A DNA stretch of 64,000 nt, taken from NCBI GenBank assembly GCA_051294905.1, contig CM119373.1, forward strand, positions 2,420,001 through 2,484,000. The letters run 5' to 3'. The stretch comes from Botryllus schlosseri (taxonomy: Eukaryota). Numbering within the stretch: position 1 is the stretch's first letter; the number at the start of each line of letters is the position of its first letter. The notes under the pieces are model-generated. The model was given only the letters and a program-made list of their open reading frames with translations, did no database searches and was not told the origin of the DNA. The position numbers were made by a program, and so were the translations under genes. Below, piece by piece: positions 11,630-25,900 of the stretch.

Positions 11630-13625
11630 CAGTGGTTCTTAACCTTTTTTCTTCCAGCGCCCCCTTTCAAAAATTATCGTGCTCCAGCGCCCCCCACCTC
11701 ATATTGCAAGGACTGCAATAAAGACAATGGGTGAGAGGGAGGCCGTAACAGCACTTCGTCAGCCCCCTAAAAGAACGATTATCTTGGGAACCCATAGCGT
11801 GATAAACCAAACTCATGAGGGCCTCGCCCCCCAAAAACCCCGTCGCGTGATTTCGACGGTCAGCAAAGTTTATGTGGCCAGGTCGCCCTAGGGGCCGAAA
11901 TTTTCTATAATGCATGAATGAAATAGGTTGTAAATGCGTATATATGTTGCTATAAACTTTTTATCCTCTTAGCCCACGTAATCAGATTTACCAGTAGCGC
12001 TGAGTGAGCTGTTGTATTGGAAAATGAAGGCCACGTAATTAATAATTGAACATATTCGGGCGTGCCCGTTGGTACAATTAAATCGTTTCATGTTATTTTG
12101 TTACCTCTGGTCCGCTATATAGTCAAAAGATATTGAAACGCATAAACGTATTAAACTAAAGTAAGCACACGATTCAAAATTGGTATTTTGTCACTGGCAA
12201 ATAATTTTCTCTGATGGATGTTATTTGTCCTGTGGGGTTCAGATTGCGACGACCTGATAATTCGGCACGAGCGATTTAACCACCAATGGAAAATTAGACT
12301 TATATGCATCGAAGTTTAAGCTCAACATAAGGACAATCCTCTTCAGCTAAGGTTTTCTCGGTGGCGATCTTTTTGACAGACTTCTCGGAGTCCCATATTC
12401 ACCGGAACTTCATATGTCTTCGTGCGTCGTGGCGTGGTAATGGCCGACGCCGAAATGCCAATTTCTATTTTCTATAATTATGCGTGTTCTTCAGTGGGGG
12501 AGTCGTCAGAACATGATGTTTAATTTTTATGTTCATTAACCGAAATAATGTAGAGTACCCTTCGAGTTAACCGATTGGGGGTTTGGGTTGCAGCAGTCTC
12601 GAGTACAACGTTCAGTCGGTATTTTTGGGACTTTGGTATTGTAAATATTTCGCGCTTTAATCGCGCTCGAGGACCAGTCGACTATAATAAACCATTAATA
12701 ATTGTGTGTGGTATATTCAGGGTCAAATCAAGGTTGTTATGACAACAATAGAGTACGGTCTCATACCCTGTGGTTCGAACCCTCGCGAATTCACATCGGC
12801 GATTGGCAATATGGAGAAATTAAGGGTATTGGATTTTGTCTTAGTGCGCTTCGTGAAACTATAACTAAGTCAACTGAGAATGGGATGCATATATCTGATC
12901 ACATTGAATATAGTACTGTACCCAGTTATTAATTTTAACATGAATGTATTCCAAACAAAGCAACTCATATTATATAACGTTCATGTGAGTTTGTGAGCCA
13001 CAACACGAGATCGTATATCATCCTTTATGACACGATGAAGAAATATTCTGACGATTTAATTTTGCAGCTATCGAATACAAGTATATTTCGTTATTCAGTT
13101 CGTGCACAAAGCTTCAAAACTTATTTTATGTACAAGGGGATCTCACTATCAAAAGTGATATACATGGCCCTATTCTTCGATTTCCACATGCTGTGCGTTG
13201 CGGGATATAATACCTAATGCGAAACATTTTGTTGAAAATACCCCTAGCAAGCGTGACGGCAGTGTTTTACATAACGGAAAATTGGCGATCTAAAAGTACG
13301 CTCAATTCGTTTTATAACAATTATAATAACCCATTACATTTATGAAAACATATGTAGGTAACATCGTTGCGTAGCGCGACCAAAAATATCGGGATTTGAC
13401 ATGTTTTGTTGGATGTTCATTTGTTCGGAATAGTCATTAAGGATATGTCCTACTACCACATCATCTACGGCGAAGCCATTTTTCTTCAGCGCCCCTTTAT
13501 CGCTCCCTTGAGCCCAGCGCCCCCCATATCGCCCCCTGAGCGTTTCCGCCCCCTGAGCGTTTCCGCCCCCTTGAAAATTGCCAGCGCCCGTTGGGGGGCG
13601 CTTGAGGCAAGGTTAAGAACCACTG
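11630..13625. mobile_element. Non-autonomous hAT element (~2.0 kb)
   Basis: TIR cagtggttcttaacct/aggttaagaaccactg; perfect TSD GTTTAACC; cgcccc subterminal repeats. Confidence 0.92.
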
Positions 13626-14209
13626 GTTTAACCTATACTATTTTGAGGTTTGCAACCATCCCATATCGCATACGCCGTATATAAATCGGGTGGTAATTGC
13701 CTCTAGGCTCACACAACATGTGCTTGGAAAGTATTCTCACAATTATGGTATGATTTCACAACTTGAAAAAAGAAATTTAAAAGGCCTCTATTTCAAACAC
13801 TATTTAAAAAGTGTTTTAAACAAAGTGTTTCGAAGCACAGTTTTCTATGCAATCCTACTCCTCCTGTTCATCTGATCTGCGTGGGATAAGCGTCTTGAAA
13901 AAGACTAAAAGTGGGCCGTGCTACTAGTCGGTAAATACAGGAACATAATAAAGAATATATGACCGATGTAAATGACCATTGCACTTGCAAAGCACCATGA
14001 ATCTCACAAACAACGACAATCCTTTTATAATGTAGCGAAATAATCACATTACCACAATGCTACAGTGATTCTATGATTGTGAATGATTCTCCATATAGAT
14101 TGTATACATATTACTGCGGTAATGAAATACAAAGAACTACCAGCTCCGCATCATTCGCTCGATTTATACGGAAGGGCATAAAAGGACCTGAGCGGCAATT
14201 CCATTAAGC

Positions 14210-15739
14210 CAGTGGTTCCCAACCTTTTTCATCTCGTGCCTCCCTTGGCCGAAATTTTAGTCAAAATTCCCCCCTTGGGATAAATCTGCCCGATGAATAA
14301 AAATGGTCATTTTTACCGCGCAAACACCTGTTGACTGAGAGAATAAGACGAGCGGTACCGAGTGTTTTTTCTAGAAGTGCTGTAATAACACTTTGTATAC
14401 CTCCAAAAACCATGGTCTTGCATGGTCCCAATCACACAAATTATGGAAGGCTTGACTCAACAGACCCCCACACTTTCATTTGTGTTTTCGGCTTACCATG
14501 CACCAATCGCTAATATAACAGCTGTGAAAAATCAGTATCCATAAATTTACTGTTCGCGCGATTTTTTTGTCAAGTTTGCGTATGCATTTGGCCAACAATA
14601 GTGGTACTTTCATATATAGCAGGGTTGACCAGACTCGAGTTTGACTCGTGTCACCATTTTCTGATAACTCGACTTGACTCGAGTCATTTTCTCAAAATAC
14701 GGAAACGACTCGACTCGAGACAATCTGGGTATTGACTCGACTTCGACTCGAGTCATTGTGCATGACTCGAACCAAGCCATATGACTCAAGACTATAAAAC
14801 GGCCAAGACCGACATTTCATTGTAATTTCGAAGAACAGTAAAGTGACCACTCTGTTGGAATTTCGTCTATTGATCCTGGTACTTGACAATGCGACAAGAA
14901 ACTGCTCAAAGTGAGGAAAATTAGTATATCATAAATCCAAATCATCCAATATCACCCAACAGTGTTGACTTGAATGTGACTTGGACTCGTACTCGAGTCA
15001 TAATAACATGACTCGGACTCGACCGTCTGCTCGGTGACTTGGACTCAGACTTGACTGAATGATGAATTGAAAATGACTCGACTTGACTCGAGTCAAAACT
15101 ATGAAAGTGAGATTGACTTGTGACTCAGAGCCTCGTGACTGGGTTACAGCTCTGATATATACCATACACGTGATCAGATTCCCTGCTGGAGCTAATTGAA
15201 ATTTAGGAAACCCATTACGTTTCGGCAACATTGCACCAAGTTTACCAAGTCTTTTTTCGATCGGGTAGCTGTTCACTAAAAATAAACCAAGGCTAGCGAT
15301 CTCTTTGATTTGAATCGATGACGTTGGAATATTTAGTCACTGTCTGAAAATGTTGACTTGAAAATAGAAGATAAATACTTTCACTAGAGGCCTTGTTGTG
15401 ATAGATTCGGCACGACATTTACTCGCGTAGTTGATTGAGTGGCCATCGCTGGCCTACAAAATTGCGTCTTGCGAACTGCAGCACATCGGAACTAGTTTCA
15501 AAAAAAGGGGTGGGGGGGATTTGTATGTGCAAAAGAGATTTCAAATTGCATTTGGAAATACTTTCAGCAAACAAAAAAACAGCCATAAGGAGAATACGTT
15601 CGAATATAACTGGTTGACTACATGACAGTTCGAACATGAACAATTTGGGAAATTCGGTACAATTCTAAAGTGGAATTCCTCCCTAAAAATTGCAAAATTC
15701 CCCCCAAGGAGGGAATTCCTCCCCGGTTGGGAACCACTG
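14210..15739. mobile_element. Non-autonomous hAT element
   Basis: TIR cagtggttcccaacc/ggttgggaaccactg; perfect TSD CATTAAGC. Confidence 0.92.
14620..15154. mobile_element. GACTC-repeat MITE nested in 14210-15739
   Basis: cagggttg...cagctctg termini; TSD atatatag/atatatac (7/8); gactcg/gacttg arrays. Confidence 0.78.
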
Positions 15740-15768
15740 CATTAAGCTATCCGAATATGTACGTACAT

Positions 15769-16212
15769 TAGGGCTGTTCAAAAATTTTTTTTTTATGGAT
15801 TCCAGCCATTCAGTGATTAAATTGTCAGGTTACCCTAAAAAAACGCTGCACACGAAATTTGGTTCAGTTCTAACAAGTATAGGGCTCCGCGGATCCAATT
15901 AAATTTTTTAATTTATACCAGGAAATTATTTTTAAAAAATCAAATTTTTCTGTCAACCCCATAAAATTGTTGAGCTGTCTTCAGAGACGATGCAAAACAA
16001 ATTTGACTCAATTCCAACTAGTAGAAGCGGAGTTATTGGAGTTTTTCGTTGATAATCCTCCGATTATACACTAATCAAGGATAATCCGAGAATTATCAGC
16101 GAAAAAGTCAAATAACTCCACTTCTACTAGTTGGAATTGAGTCAAATTTGTTTTGCATCGTCTCTGAAGACAGCTCAACAATTTTATGGGGTTGACAGAA
16201 AAAATTGATTTT
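15769..16212. mobile_element. Truncated copy of the fold-back MITE at 29726-30337
   Basis: Starts tagggctgttcaaaaa; internal inverted repeat ~15940-16212; aligns to 29726-30337. Confidence 0.8.
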
Positions 16213-16719
16213 AGTAGATTTGTCCCTACTGACAAAATATTTAACACAAAGAACTACTTCGTGATGGGGTGAATTCCTAAAAGACCGAACCTGGCTAAAT
16301 CGAATGGATGAATACCGAGAACCCCAAATTGACGGATTAAAATCGGACTCATATCAATGACGGAAATAAACTTATTGTTGGCCAGCGTCATTGAAATTAC
16401 ATCATTATTACAAAATTAAGTAAGCACACACCCACATACACTCACGGTTTTTCTGTACTAAATACAGTCAGATTCACGAATGAGACGGATTAAACAGGCA
16501 GAATTACGAACATTAGACATAGTTATTTGTTTCTATAATCAAAATCCCCTATTTTATTGTAATTAATTAATTTAGCGGGCATTTGGTTCTCTAGTCGCGT
16601 CAGGAGCAAATTTTTTAAAGTTCAGTATATGAATTCTGTTTACAAAAAAGATTCTCGCTTAAACTACTGTTATATTTTTCATTCCTCTCTCACCTGAATA
16701 GTATTCATATTGATATAAG

Positions 16720-17050
16720 CCCGAATGTTTTTGGGTGGCACTCGTCAGCAACTATAGTAGAGAATTGGAAAGAACAATGTATGTCAACAATCGTATCACA
16801 GAATAAGACGTCACCAGCATGAAATGAGATCTCAAATAACAGAGCGTCCAATGTACTATTTTAAGATGGTACACGAACTCCTTTTGTAGACAAGCTTCGG
16901 CTGATGTATTTTGATAAAGGTCGACCCCAAGGCATACAGATGAAAGTGTGAGCTTCTTGGAGGTACAGCGCTTCAATATAGAATTGAATAGTATAATAAT
17001 ATTGAAATGAACCCGAATATCCTGCCCATCAAAAGACTGATTCAGCAGTC
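16720..17050. repeat. Dispersed repeat family (other copies ~20485-20800, ~51710-51980, ~56650-56835)
   Basis: Shared blocks such as gcttcttggaggtacagaacttcaatata, ttcatattga and agagaattggaaagaaca recur at these loci. Confidence 0.65.
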
Positions 17051-17109
17051 GGAAGAATTACAAGAATGCGTGGTATATTGTATGGGGGAAAACTACGATG
17101 TATTTGCAC

Positions 17110-19088
17110 TCTGGAGTCGTAGTCGGAGTCGGTGGAGTCGGAGTCGGAGTTTGGCTTATTTTCGCTTGATGGGGTCGGAGTAGGAGTTTGGCTTATTTTC
17201 GCTTGTTGGGGTCGGAGTCGAAGTTTGTAAAAATGACCCTGACTTTGACTCCGACTCCAACTTCTTTATAATGAAAACAATTGATTTCAAAGGTATCTTT
17301 AAATTTCTAATAAGAACTATGTTAGGATTTATTCTGTATCATCAATCGTTGTTATTAGTAACGTTACAGATCAGGGACGGCCAAACCGTGCCCCACAGGC
17401 CAAATGTGGTCCACGAGAAGGTTTTTTGTGGCCTGTGAGGTAATTATCGAAATTAGATATAACATCAGGTAAAATTGCATGGGGAACCAAAGTTTGATTA
17501 GCCTAACCGCGAAATTTGATGATGACCAAAACATCGTTTTCGAAGCATTGACGTAACCAGGGCCAAGCCACATTCATCGCACATCTTGGCATATAACCAT
17601 AAAGTAGAATGTAGATTATTCCGTAGCAGATTTATTTGACTTGAAATTTTTCTTAGCATCTCGCATGATCTTTTGTCACATTTCTTGCATTTAGTATTGG
17701 AACCCCTCTTGGAAATTATAAATACGCGTAATTTACAGGATTGAGTCCAACTATACTCGCAATTAGGAGATAACGCGTCGTCCAACATGCGACTTCGCTT
17801 ATGCGCTCGCAGCGAGATCGTCCGCATTGAAACACTTTCACAAAATGACTGAGTTCCCCAAAACTGGCGATATTGCTATGTCTAAAACGCCAAATAATCC
17901 TGTCCGTGCCAAACGAGCCACTTGCTATACAGAGGCGACCCCCAATATATGCAAGTGATATATTTATTGATCGAATTCATTCATTACCTTTGACAAAACA
18001 TCGTGCTTCGCGCGACCAGGGCATGACTGCACACTGTACAGTTGGACACGGAGTTTTCATGACATATTTGTTATCAATTTTAAAGCGTAGTCATATAAGT
18101 CTTGTTTTCAATGTTACCTAATATCGGACGACTAAAAAAGGTTATTAACATTCCAGTTGCCCGCGCGATGGTTCGTAAATCTCATGTGGCCTTTTGGCCG
18201 AAAAAGTTGGCCACGTCTGATAGAGATAAAATTGGAAGTTATTTTTTGGAAATTTTAATTCAGTTGCATAGAGGAAGAAAAAAGCAATCTGCATCTTTGC
18301 GATGCAGTCACAAATTAATGCAAGTTTTAACATTATACCATGATCTTGTGACAGAGCAAATACATCGCCTGGTTGTGAAATTGATGTAAATATAACCGAG
18401 CGCTCCTTCCCACTTGACAAATTTATAAATATGTGTAGTGTTGCTTAACTGCTTGGGCCGAACAAATGATTGAAAAAGACTGCAAGTCCTAGTCCTTGAA
18501 TACTTGACTAAGTGCATGTATACTAGACATATTCTATTTGACTACTTCCTAAATTTCGTGTATGTCCGATGTGTGTTAGTAGTGAGAGTGTGTGTGCTTG
18601 TAATCAGTACAGTGTGTAATGAGGAAATTAGTAAGATGCGTCTTTGTATTAGTTGCTGACTCATACACAAGAGGCAAACTTCGATTGCTTTAACTACATT
18701 TTGAGTATACAGTATGGGATATATGTCGCTGTTGAATGATTCATACATATAAGGGTATTATAGAGTCCATGTTATAAAGACTGATAAGATATGTAGAAAG
18801 GCAATCTCTCATGCATGCTGAGTAATTCGAGCTGTGCAACAATGAAACAATTTTGCATGCCATCTTGAATTATATGTTTGAATATGTTTAATGGTTATAT
18901 GATATAGTCATTTAACCGTCGCTGTGGCATATGATTTTCGAAGTAAATTGGTAATACTGTTGAAGTCAAGTTTGGAGTCGGAGTCGGTAGGATTAAAGAC
19001 TCTGGAGTTGGAGTAGGAGTCGGTCCATTGAAAATGTGTGGAGTCGGATTTGGAGTCGGTGGTAAAATTTACCGACTTCACTGTCCTG
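17110..19088. mobile_element. GGAGTC-repeat non-autonomous element with a nested hAT MITE (17372-18219)
   Basis: ggagtc hexamer arrays at both ends; nested cagggacggccaa...ttggccacgtctg with a degenerate TSD. Confidence 0.6.
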
Positions 19089-19885
19089 ATTTGAACACTT
19101 ATATTGCTGCACAGTTAGGTGCGATGGCTTTACGGAAAACTGCCTTCCGCAGTTGTACTCTCTGTTTCAAACTATCGTGAAATATTCACACTGATGCTAC
19201 CCTGTCCCAACATAGTTCTGGTTGCGAGAAAAGATATCGCTTATAATTGACGGACATAAGCTATTCATCAAGTTTTATGAGTCGAATATATCCTTTTTCG
19301 GAAATGATGAAATCTGATCAAGGGGGAAATGGCACTGTCTGGAGTCAGTAATGAGCCAGTGGTAGATCAGAGAGATTTATTAAGACTTGGATCTTTTCCA
19401 ATTCTCAAGCTTGATTGGGCTGGATAACGGTGTGCTCGCATAGGCCGATCTAATGTTGATGTAGAAGCATACAACAATCATTTCCAAAACTGCAAAATGA
19501 TATAAGGTAATTTGATTTCAGGAAATATTCCAATCAGAGGTTCGTTACTGGATAATCAGTAGGCTACATTCCGTGAAATTTCCGAGCATGTAATGATTAA
19601 AAATCCGTCTACATTGCATAACAATTTTGTGCTCATACCAAAGTTCAATATCTCTGACTATCAATCGTGCTGGATACACAATTGAATCATATAAAAATAC
19701 TCTCCCTGGAGTCGAGTTAAATTTTCCCTCATTGCCCCTACATGCTTATATTCATTGGAACATGCTGCCGGTGCCGCGACAAATCTTCGGACTCACAGCA
19801 GAAACCTACTTCAGATAGCCGGACGTGGAGGCTTCAGATTGTTCTTATAAAACATCAAACCAAATATAATGATGAGGATGATGAC

Positions 19886-20310
19886 TAGGGCGATATTTAT
19901 TTAACCTAAAAACGAAAGATTTTGACCTAAAAAATCTAAATTTTGACATTTTTTGACTTTGAAAAACTAAATTTTGACCTAACGTATGCAAATTAGGCGT
20001 TTTCCCAAAAAATGTTAGAATTGTACTACTTATCCTGATTTCTGGTTTGAACTGTCCGTAATTACGAAGTAGTTTTCCCTGGAAAAACTTTTCTGACTTA
20101 AAAACTGACAAATTTTCACATAACAAAATTTTATTTCAACAAAATCCGGCCCTATTATGAATTCCAGTACATGACGTACTATGGTGAAAATTTGTTGTGG
20201 TACAACGAAAGATACTTTCTTACATTCTCGGTAGGAATATCAAAATATCTATTCTAGATATCCGTGATTCTCGGGTAAAAAGTATCAGTCTTTACTAAGT
20301 AGCTTGCCAA
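19886..20310. mobile_element. Truncated copy of the hAT element at 23713-24591
   Basis: tagggc terminus, ttttgacct repeats and internal sequence align with 23713-24130. Confidence 0.75.
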
Positions 20311-20314
20311 GGAT

Positions 20315-20470
20315 GGAGATGTGGCGAGATAGCCTAGTGGGATAATCCACCAATGGGTTGTGGGTTCTAGTCCGACCGAGGTCGACTCCAGAATTACTAC
20401 CCAAGTGATGAAGGTTTATCTAGGTACCTCTTCGTCATCTCATCCGCGTAAGCGGTGACTTTACAAAAAA
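20315..20470 (+). mobile_element. tRNA-derived SINE-like repeat
   Basis: A-box-like tggcgagatagcctagtgg and B-box-like ggttctagtcc followed by a conserved body; related copies on the minus strand at ~27400-27492 and ~31720-31840. Confidence 0.6.
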
Positions 20471-21285
20471 CATAGAAGCGGGCCGTGCTACAAGTCGGCA
20501 GACACTCGGCAGATACGGAATCGAAAATAAGGAATATCGGCCTGGCGCGAATGACCATTTTAGTCGACAAACACCATGAATATACAAACAACAACAAGAA
20601 GAATGGAGAAAGAACGTTCAACTGTAAGTGCTTCTTGGAGGTACAGAACTTCAATATACAAATGGATAGTATATTCATATTGAAATGAGCCAGAAATTTT
20701 TCGGTTGACACTCGTCATAGGTAATCGTCAGCAACTATTAGAGAATTGGAAAGAACATTGTATATCAACAATCGTACCACAAAATATGAAGTGACTCATT
20801 CAGCATGAACAGATAACGGCGGAACTGATGTGGGCGGTGTCTTCGAAATCTTTTGGTGCGTAGTTATACATCCTAATGGAATGGTGAAGCCTACACATCC
20901 CAATGCACTTGGATACATACATATCACCAATAAGGGGTCGCGTGAAAATTTGTTGTTGCAATAAATCCAAGAAATATCACATACATATTTGTACACGATT
21001 ACTCCGGAGCGGTCGCGACCTAAATCTAAACCCTTCGCAACCCATGTTTGGGTAGCGACCCATACCTTAATATCCCCTGACATATAGTGTCGTATAGTGT
21101 AGTATAGGGTCATAACGACTCCGTTCACAAACGGTCTTACAATCGATCCGATGGTTGTGACGTCATAAGGTTATTGCCCATGTAATCTTTGACACAATTG
21201 TGACGTCATAGCACGGCATTCAAGTCAAAATACAGATTCTACTGGAGACATAGGCGCCGACTTTTATTTTTGCATGGGGTGGCGG

Positions 21286-22524
21286 CAGGCGCGTGGCCAG
21301 GGTAGTGTCGAAACCCCTCCTTTTGAAACGCAAAACCCCTTCCTTTTGAAATGACCATTCTGACGCAAATATTCAGTTGCAATTCAACAAGCCGTGTTAT
21401 CAGTGTTACGCGGGGCCAATTAGCGAGATTATTCTGTGCACGCATATCGCATCACACAGTGTAACGCGACGCGATCTTCCGCTGAGATTATTGCGAAAGT
21501 AGGTCATTGATTGTCGCGCACTCGGCATTCGTCGCTGGACTGAGCAGTAACACGACGCGACAATTCTGGAACACAAAAGACAGGCAAGAATGATGATTAC
21601 AAACGCGCGCGGCCAATCAGTAATTATCCCTTACCCTTACCGCTAACGCAATAGGTTTTTAGCTCACATCGCTACAATTGGTTGCTGATTAAAACATCGA
21701 TTTTGACTGCATTGCTGCATTCCCCGATTTACGTTCGCAAATCATAATTGGAATTATGGGCACTGGAATAAATTCCAACTAGCAGGCACACACAATAAAA
21801 CACTGTTCAACTTCGCGCTACGAGAATATTTATCACAAAAATGGTTCACAAAATATTTTAAACGCGGCTTGCGGCCCTCAACGATGCAAATAATGCACTT
21901 TAATTTGTAGAAGGTGAACGTATATTTGGTCGTCAAATCGCGATAGGAGATGGTGTGTCTCAGAGCGCGCGATGAAATCTACGTTTCTAGCGATGAGGTC
22001 GAATTTGTACATCTAATAAGGATCGTCAGTATGCTGAAATCAGCATCAGTACGCTGCGCGAAATACTTAGTATATGATCAATTTTATCGGACTGTACGTA
22101 CAATCGGCCGGCAAGGTTGCGCTGATAACGAAACTGCAGACATGCCGCAAACCTTCAACAATTACAATTACAGGGTGCGCTAGTCATACCTAAATACCCA
22201 GATTCGGCAATGACAACGAGCACAATTTGTTCAGACGCGGACATAAGTTTCAATCAAAAAGATACATAAACACTAACAATATTACACTCAGATATTGTTA
22301 CTGTTTGGCGAAAGTGATTCTGCAGACGGTAGCAGGCCTGCATGCGGGGGCGCTAAATCATACCACCGCCGATAGTACCAATGAGACATCGATGACCCAT
22401 TTCGCATACAAATGATTCTCGCTAAATTTGAGTACGCAGCATCGATAATACGAATTAGTGAATTGGCATTTCAAAAGGACTGGATTTCTAGTTTTAAGTG
22501 AGAAACTCACTGGCTACGCACCTA
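21286..22524. mobile_element. Degenerate TIR element (CAGGCGCGTGGCCAG...CTGGCTACGCACCT)
   Basis: Imperfect inverted termini but no clear TSD; internal segment is related to ~4040-4100 and ~10880-10930 in reverse complement. Confidence 0.45.
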
Positions 22525-23712
22525 GGGTTTTAATACCGACAACGCGCTGGTTATTCGGCCCGGGACCTACGGCAGACGCAAGTCCCGATCAGCCAGTCGA
22601 ATTTGATCGTGAAATGATGCGATTTTAATTATTCAGGTGTTATTGCTGCAAGAGCATTATGGCTGCACAAGCACATGCCGTAACCTTATCAATGGAAATA
22701 CAAATCCCGATGGTTTGAAATTCGATCCGCGACATATAGCTGTGCCCGATAGAGTCCGTCCAGCAATGAAGTTTATTGGAACTTAAAAGGTTCCCGCTCA
22801 AAATAATCGAATAAATTCGTAATTTCCGCCACCGAGAATCTCTTGTTGCATCAATATTTGACAACATAATTCAACGCCGTGCACTGCACAATGTGCAGTG
22901 TTAATAACAGATCAAACACTGATAAGTGTCTTCGAGGGTATGCGAGTGTGTAAAGCAGAGAAGAATTAGTAGCCTAGAGATGATAGCAAACGAGAAAGCG
23001 CGCATCTAATCCGTAATTCCTCAACTTGCGTATGGCACAATGGAGTTCCGAGTAGCCTATGACATCGCGACAATTCTTTGCAATTGAATATGCGCACTTA
23101 GCGCAGGAATGACTTTCAATTCGCAGGCATACACAAACACACTGTCCTTTTTCGCGGTTCAATTAACACTAGAACTACCGGAACTTCGAACTACCTAGAA
23201 CTACCATGTGGCTTTTTTGACGCATGTTGAATCTTCTTCGATTAAATGCATTTACCAGAGCTAAAAATCAGCACAAATTTCAACAAACGGTATCAGAAAC
23301 CATTGTTTATTGCGCTCACAGCTACTTGCAATATTTTACATACACCTTAAGTCAACACTTATAAAACAAATCGCCGTTTTTAGGTGTAACATATAAGTGT
23401 TGCTCTGGTGCGCATTTGGTATTTGAGCACGTTCATTTATAAATTTAGAGTAGGTTCCAGATCCGCTAGCCACATCATCATTGTTGGTTATTGCTGACAT
23501 GTCATAAAGCTTATCACATAAGATTTGCATAATTCAATTTTGCAACTAATCCTCGATTTGCATATTTTTAGATTATCGGCATTTTGGCAAGTAGACGATC
23601 ATTCACATTCTAAGAAAACATGCACGGACCATCGTCGACTTGTTGGTACCCTCATAGAATACTGCCTTGCAACCTGGCCAATAATATCCCCCTGGTTTTG
23701 TTTCGTTATAAC

Positions 23713-24591
23713 TAGGGCAATTTTTTTTTGACCTAAAAAACGGAAGATTTTGACCTAAAAAATCTAAATTTTGACCTTTTTTGACCTAAAAAAACTGAAA
23801 TTTGACCAAATTTTGACCTCACGTATGCAAATTAGGTGTTTTCGCATATAATGTTAAAATTGTACTACTTATCTTCATTTCTGGTTGGAACTGTCTGTCC
23901 TTACAAAGTAGATTGGCCTGAAAAAACGTTTTTGGCTCAAAAACTGACAGATTTTTACATGAAAAACTAGTATTTTAACGAAATCTGACCCTATGAAGAA
24001 TTCCAGTAGTTACATTACGTATTCTGGTGGAAATAATTAAAATTTGTTGTAGTACAACGAAAGATCCTTTCCTACATTCTCGGGTAGAAAGTGTCTGTCC
24101 TTACTACGTAGCTTGCCAAGAACGGAGAAAGAACGTTCAACAGCAGCATTTGTTGGCTGACAACACTCAAGTTGTGTGCACACTGCTGGTGACAAACCGT
24201 GTTGCTTCATTCTGACAATGTTGTCTATATCACAATTTTTCAGCTTGCGCTTCATGGTATAAGAACCATGCAATGTCCAAGCAGTCTTGCTTCAGCTAGG
24301 ATATTGCGGTACGTTGACCATAAAACCATGTCACTATTTGTTTCATTTGACCGTTTATGATTCACAATGAGCAGACGATGGTCCGTTTACAACGGTAGGC
24401 CTATAAAGTAGGCTACAAGCTGTAAAATACCGAATGATAAGTTCACCGACGGCGCAAAATCTACGATACAAACGAAATGCAGATGTCAAAAAATGTTTGA
24501 CTTTGTAAACAATTTTGACAAATTTTGACCTAACGCTACAATTTTGACCTAATTTTGACTTTTTTTGACATGTCAAAAAAAAATTGCCCTA
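23713..24591 (-). mobile_element. Deleted hAT element with a transposase C-terminal remnant
   Basis: TIR tagggcaattttttttt/aaaaaaaaattgcccta; perfect TSD GTTATAAC; remnant CCQPTNAAVERSFSVLGKLRSKDRHF (24037-24273). Confidence 0.9.
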
Positions 24592-24932
24592 GTTATAACA
24601 TTTAACCGTCACTGGTTTCTTGTTTGTGTTGTTTCCGAAGGAAATAGTTACCTCAGGTTGCAGTGAACTCAATATATATGTGTACAACTTCGATCTCTAC
24701 ACTGGTATCTCGCCGTTACGCTTATCAACAAGATGATAGCTTTGAAAAGTATGGCTACATGAAGCTGCCTGTGTTACTTCTGGTCCTGGGTAGCTTCAAG
24801 CAACTTTTGACAATAGTGTGAACTGAGACTTCGTTTGCTTCTCCAAGCGTATACAGCCTCATTCATGTAACATTGTTTCGAGATGGATTACATCAGACTC
24901 TTCACATTACTATGCTTGGCAAATGTATAGAT

Positions 24933-25900
24933 CAGTGTTGGGATGACTCGAGTCATGACTTGACTCGAGTCAGACTCGAGTCACCTTTTTCGCATGACTT
25001 GACTTGACTCGAGTCACTTTGCCAAAATGACTTGACTTGACTTGACTCGGCGTATCAGAAATGTGGATTGACTCGTGACTCGGAGCAAAATTCACGAGTC
25101 AATTTCAAGTCATCAAGTAATCGGTGTCGATAAAAATCACTGTATCTTGGATATGTTCGGATTGTTCGCGAAATGCATGTGTAACGCGTGAGAGCGACCA
25201 ATCATTCAATAAGCGTGCATTTCATCGAGCCTCGATTGTTCTCTCACAAATAGATTGTCTGCAAACGAAGTGATCGAAGCTTACGCTGTCGTAACTCTAG
25301 TGGTAAAGTAATAGAATAGCAAAATGTCTATTTTTGTTCTCATCTTACCTTAACCAAACCGATTGTTTTATTGAAATTGAAGTCGAATATAGTTTATATA
25401 GTCCCCAACCATTGGCACAGGCTCGAATGGTATCATATCTATTTGTAAATGGGTAACGTATTGCATGTTATCAATTCGTTTCCCTATTCTCTGTTTTGGC
25501 TGGTGACTATAAACTGAGGCTATGCAATTACGTAGTTTCACAGTTCTACGTATATGTGAGCGATAAAGCGCCTTCTTGCGTGTATAACTCTATATTCGTT
25601 CATCGGTTCGGAATCAATGACCAATGACCACTCAAACTGTATTTCAGACAGCTAGCAAATTGCAATGACGTAATCATGCCTCATACATACATCGAAAAGG
25701 CAACTTGACTTGAAATGTGACTTGACTCGTGACTTGACTTGACTTGACTCGACTTGACTCGAGTCACCTCCAAAAATCGAGTGACTTGACTTGACTCGAG
25801 TCACCTTTGAAAATCGATTGACTTGACTTGACTCGAGTCAAAATGTGCAATGACTCGAAATGACTCGTGACTCGAAGGTAGTGACTTGATCCCAACACTG
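24933..25900. mobile_element. hAT MITE with GACTT/GACTC arrays
   Basis: TIR cagtgttgggat/atcccaacactg; perfect TSD GTATAGAT. Confidence 0.92.

Noticed and set aside
20315..20400. Functional tRNA gene
   Set aside because: I could not fold a cloverleaf; diverged dispersed copies with a shared tail indicate a SINE.
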